In this document: positions 62,401 to 64,000 of the stretch, in pieces | Numbering within the stretch: the first letter of the stretch is position 1 | How the letters are laid out: every line of letters starts with the position of its first letter | From: Bacteroidia bacterium | GTDB lineage: Bacteria > Bacteroidota > Bacteroidia > UBA7662 | Direction of reading: 5' to 3' | Assembly: GCA_049431025.1 (NCBI GenBank) | Contig: JBMTCP010000011.1 | Span: forward strand, 285-64,284 | Length of the DNA: 64,000 nt | Position numbers and translations under genes: made by a program | Notes under the pieces: generated by a model | What the model was told of the DNA's origin: nothing | The model's database searches: none | The model's input: only the letters and a program-made list of their open reading frames with translations

Positions 62401-64000
62401 TGTATGGTATCCCAAGGGGTATGTTCGTGTCGTCCCTGACGCTGGCCTATTAGAGAACCGTTGGTGATGGCGTAATTGCGTGTGTCTCTGGGAAGGCCCA
62501 AGGAATCCAGCAATCGCCTCAAACTTCGGTGCTGAGGTTCTAGAATGGAATCGGCATGGTAAGTGAGCATTTGAGCAGCAGCCGGTGATCGTAACACATA
62601 GTTTAATTGTTGCCTTTGGGTTTCCAAACGACCCATAAGATTCCCTCTTTGAACCACATCCTTGAGAGCGTTTTGAACGCTAAGGGGGATATTGGCCCCG
62701 GTATGTGGCGTGGACAAGGTCCCAAAGGAAGCAACCCCATGGCAACATCCGTTGAGTTCCATTTGACGAAGAGCAACTCGCGATATCAGCCCCCCCATGC
62801 TGGCTCCCAAAACATGCATCACACTCGGAAAATAAGGGCTACCCAGAGCAGCCCTGGTGCTATCGGTAATTTGCTTGACCTGTTCAAGAATCGAAATCAG
62901 CGCTAAGGCGTTTTTTTCGACCGAGGCGTGGTTGGTTTGGAAGTCCACAAAAACCAAATCCATGCCTTCCCGGTCCAACGAATCCAAAAGAAATGGTAAA
63001 TCCCCCAACTGAGCGTAACGGGCTGGAAAAAAGCCACTGCTCATGGTTGCCCAATTCAGATCACCAAACCCGTTTCGATCACCGGGGACCTCTTCGGTGG
63101 AGCCGTTTACCCAGGTTCCACCTTCAAATCCCTCCACCAAAATCAAGGGCTGTAACAATCCTCTTGGGGTATGCCTGGACCTTTTGATGAACGCCAAGGC
63201 TCTGCCAACCGATTGGCTACGGTTAGGATAACACTGAGGTGTTCCACTCCATAATACCAGGTCCGGCTGGCCCAATTTGAGTTCCACCCATTGGAGCGGA
63301 ATTCGGGTTTCGGCATCACCCAAGTTAAGTCCGGTGGCGTTGCGCCAACGAAGTCTCAAAGTCTTGGCTCCAAAGGAAGCGTAGGTCCATTGGATAATTT
63401 GGTTTGGAAAAATTCTACGCCATCCCCGCCCATCATCCGTATCCAACCATAACGATGTCAGCGAATCATTGCTCACCCATAGACCCTCCGGGATGGTCAA
63501 ACGCAAAAGCTGTTGGGGCCGTGTTCCGTACAATATTTCCCGGTCGGCGACCCCTTGAATAAACCGACGCTCCAGGGACCAACCGTTCAGGACTTGGGCG
63601 GTATCCGGTCGGATAACGGTATCCAAAACCAGATAAGGCGGTACCGAACCGGGAGGAAACCACAAAGTATCATGCAAGTGTTGAGGTGTCAAAGCCAAAC
63701 GAAGACGATCGCTCAGGCTATCGTAGGTCAGAAATCCATTGTCGATCGCCGAATCATGAATTTCTCGGAATTTGAGGTTCATGACCCTCAATTGCAAATC
63801 GGTGTTGGGAACACGCTGGTAGGTTGGCAAATGCCATTGGCCTTGATATCGAACCGTATCGGCGTAATCGGATATATGATTGGGGCTTAATCGAAGGCAA
63901 GGTAATGGATGATAGGCCGCATAATAAAAAAGCCGGTAATAGTGGTCCCAATCCGTAACATCAGCCGAATCTTGTCGATTGGCCGTGTAGCGATCAGGAT
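59439..64000 (-). CDS. very large secreted multidomain protein (alpha/beta-hydrolase, lipase-like GxSxG, plus parallel beta-helix repeats; probable T9SS cargo). 5' end is beyond the window
   Basis: The ORF is open in frame to the window edge, so the N-terminus is missing. It has GASMGG (a GxSxG nucleophile elbow) in a PGAP1/DUF676-like region, several beta-helix-like repeat stretches, and a C-terminal beta-sandwich-like tail (GFYRVAVLQAGQTIAWIRWVV). Confidence 0.6.
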   Translation of the reverse strand, partial: PDRYTANRQDSADVTDWDHYYRLFYYAAYHPLPCLRLSPNHISDYADTVRYQGQWHLPTYQRVPNTDLQLRVMNLKFREIHDSAIDNGFLTYDSLSDRLRLALTPQHLHDTLWFPPGSVPPYLVLDTVIRPDTAQVLNGWSLERRFIQGVADREILYGTRPQQLLRLTIPEGLWVSNDSLTSLWLDTDDGRGWRRIFPNQIIQWTYASFGAKTLRLRWRNATGLNLGDAETRIPLQWVELKLGQPDLVLWSGTPQCYPNRSQSVGRALAFIKRSRHTPRGLLQPLILVEGFEGGTWVNGSTEEVPGDRNGFGDLNWATMSSGFFPARYAQLGDLPFLLDSLDREGMDLVFVDFQTNHASVEKNALALISILEQVKQITDSTRAALGSPYFPSVMHVLGASMGGLISRVALRQMELNGCCHGVASFGTLSTPHTGANIPLSVQNALKDVVQRGNLMGRLETQRQQLNYVLRSPAAAQMLTYHADSILEPQHRSLRRLLDSLGLPRDTRNYAITNGSLIGQRQGRHEHTPWDTIQDGEVAFSMESGVWAPHSFPLPFRSFRDMGSQRMVLFRNQGRIGVHSPHVAALDTVYLAGNGIQSNFSDIQNQYALYLQGLGALALNRTVHALALTAFPLLSPLILASRHSLMLLIHQRFRHRIEGAWSQHHYRNRLGVFSVRNTVPRLGLDYAPGDYSTMGMRIQDRFVQSEERVSIHSFVSTVSALNLDSSVFVSVLGLNVPFDPKSFERWLHRPHWIELNFNDPHAMVYRTWSGTLRHWMRSSMMPMPRVSALSQGDTLNLGWHVLSTPLVPFNSLVRIPSVNLGSGSVLRILAGGPLMVYDVPNLPDLPTNADREVRTLTMACDSVRVDASSSSLIEIGRPLGNWGWDKSSARFGPGSRLVLRSGSRLWIRNRYRLLLDSGSVLEIYPGALVDLEGDSSLLEIHGQVILHPGAVFRPLGTGIVWVRSHAQQSRWWVSTGASLEIRGGGPNNERLRISGTWILDEPRMPVILDSCRVRWMPDAVWSCAGPLTLRHCRLGQEAAGARGGVWAVQGNGDLLVENCEFTSMQCALRWQPAPVQRRIRLVGVRFAGNDTGLVTHHSGADLLQCRFENNRIGWKAYDLLQMNRAWATLWHGNGIGVDVMGQGGARLRLQECLLDSNTNGLMSFGPMRVEALCSEWTRNQTAWYAGNTQVWLGDGAMNFFGDNIRALHIEEADLLYLRNGNNTFSGNTTALSGMLSGLALQYLLPQTGGHYGLETQGNRLPYHHPPSLSTLQDWDGNPLVILGGAALPTTGLCMTRSASGGGLSYFREQRIPFLAGWYLDSLGNLLNGLNRVAMDWSDPLPSSRQVLLQTWNATCSLMEATCHRWSAYSIARNAWTGWSEELMQWCVQGGGGQEPWVVSARSRFKAWMDQCGEGSRGRLNGLEADSLVFRTHPRHAGTGLGPNPLVSGQALYRDPHSVWPEGTELRWYPMTLGRMSRPVYTVRLGSGEHPTPMLDPGFYRVAVLQAGQTIAWIRWVVISP

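Overview
This 64 kb window looks like ordinary chromosome from a Bacteroidota bacterium. That assignment rests on sequence features alone: T9SS C-terminal sorting domains, a DUF1573 protein, DUF3127, DUF2795, a short sigma-A lacking region 1.1, and ClpC. I found no rRNA, tRNA, CRISPR array, transposase or integrase. Coding density is high and the sequence is GC-rich, so long antisense ORFs are common and are treated as spurious.

Gene content is mostly housekeeping. Recognisable genes include dnaB-ung, an aspartate-type aminotransferase, a heptose-7-phosphate kinase, TrkH, queA, TerC, gatC, plsC, trpS, a deoxynucleoside kinase, an H+/Na+-pyrophosphatase, a pyruvate-dehydrogenase-type E2, prfC, rpoD, pnp-rpsO, accD, a class I aldolase, ComEC and the sufBCDS operon. 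Further along are RNase R, a beta-CASP nuclease, SCO1, a fused E1 alpha/beta subunit, clpS-prmA-tpiA and clpC. The 3' end carries two large T9SS-type secreted proteins; the last of these runs off the window edge.

The most interesting region is a tightly packed minus-strand array at about 38.1-44.6 kb. It begins with a DUF3127 protein that I read as a divergent SSB-like OB-fold protein carrying a canonical SSB-type C-terminal tip (...GGDDMPF). Next is a DnaQ-like DEDDh 3'-5' exonuclease whose ORF continues in frame into a lipoprotein-like module with its own signal peptide and lipobox. These are followed by an orphan tandem-NBD ABC ATPase, RNase R and a polyprenyl synthase.

Smaller points:
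- a perfect 9-1-9 palindrome in the sufB promoter;
- a SufE-DUF59 (SufT-like) fusion;
- an 18-bp x4 tandem repeat encoding (PERGPR)n at the PNPase C-terminus;
- two DnaA-box-like TTATCCACC repeats upstream of dnaB;
- a 10-C homopolymer upstream of clpC;
- a 14-bp palindrome in the divergent promoter region between the DUF3127 gene and the beta-CASP nuclease gene;
- several rho-independent terminators.

Coordinates for sites located by hand-counting may be off by 1-2 nt.
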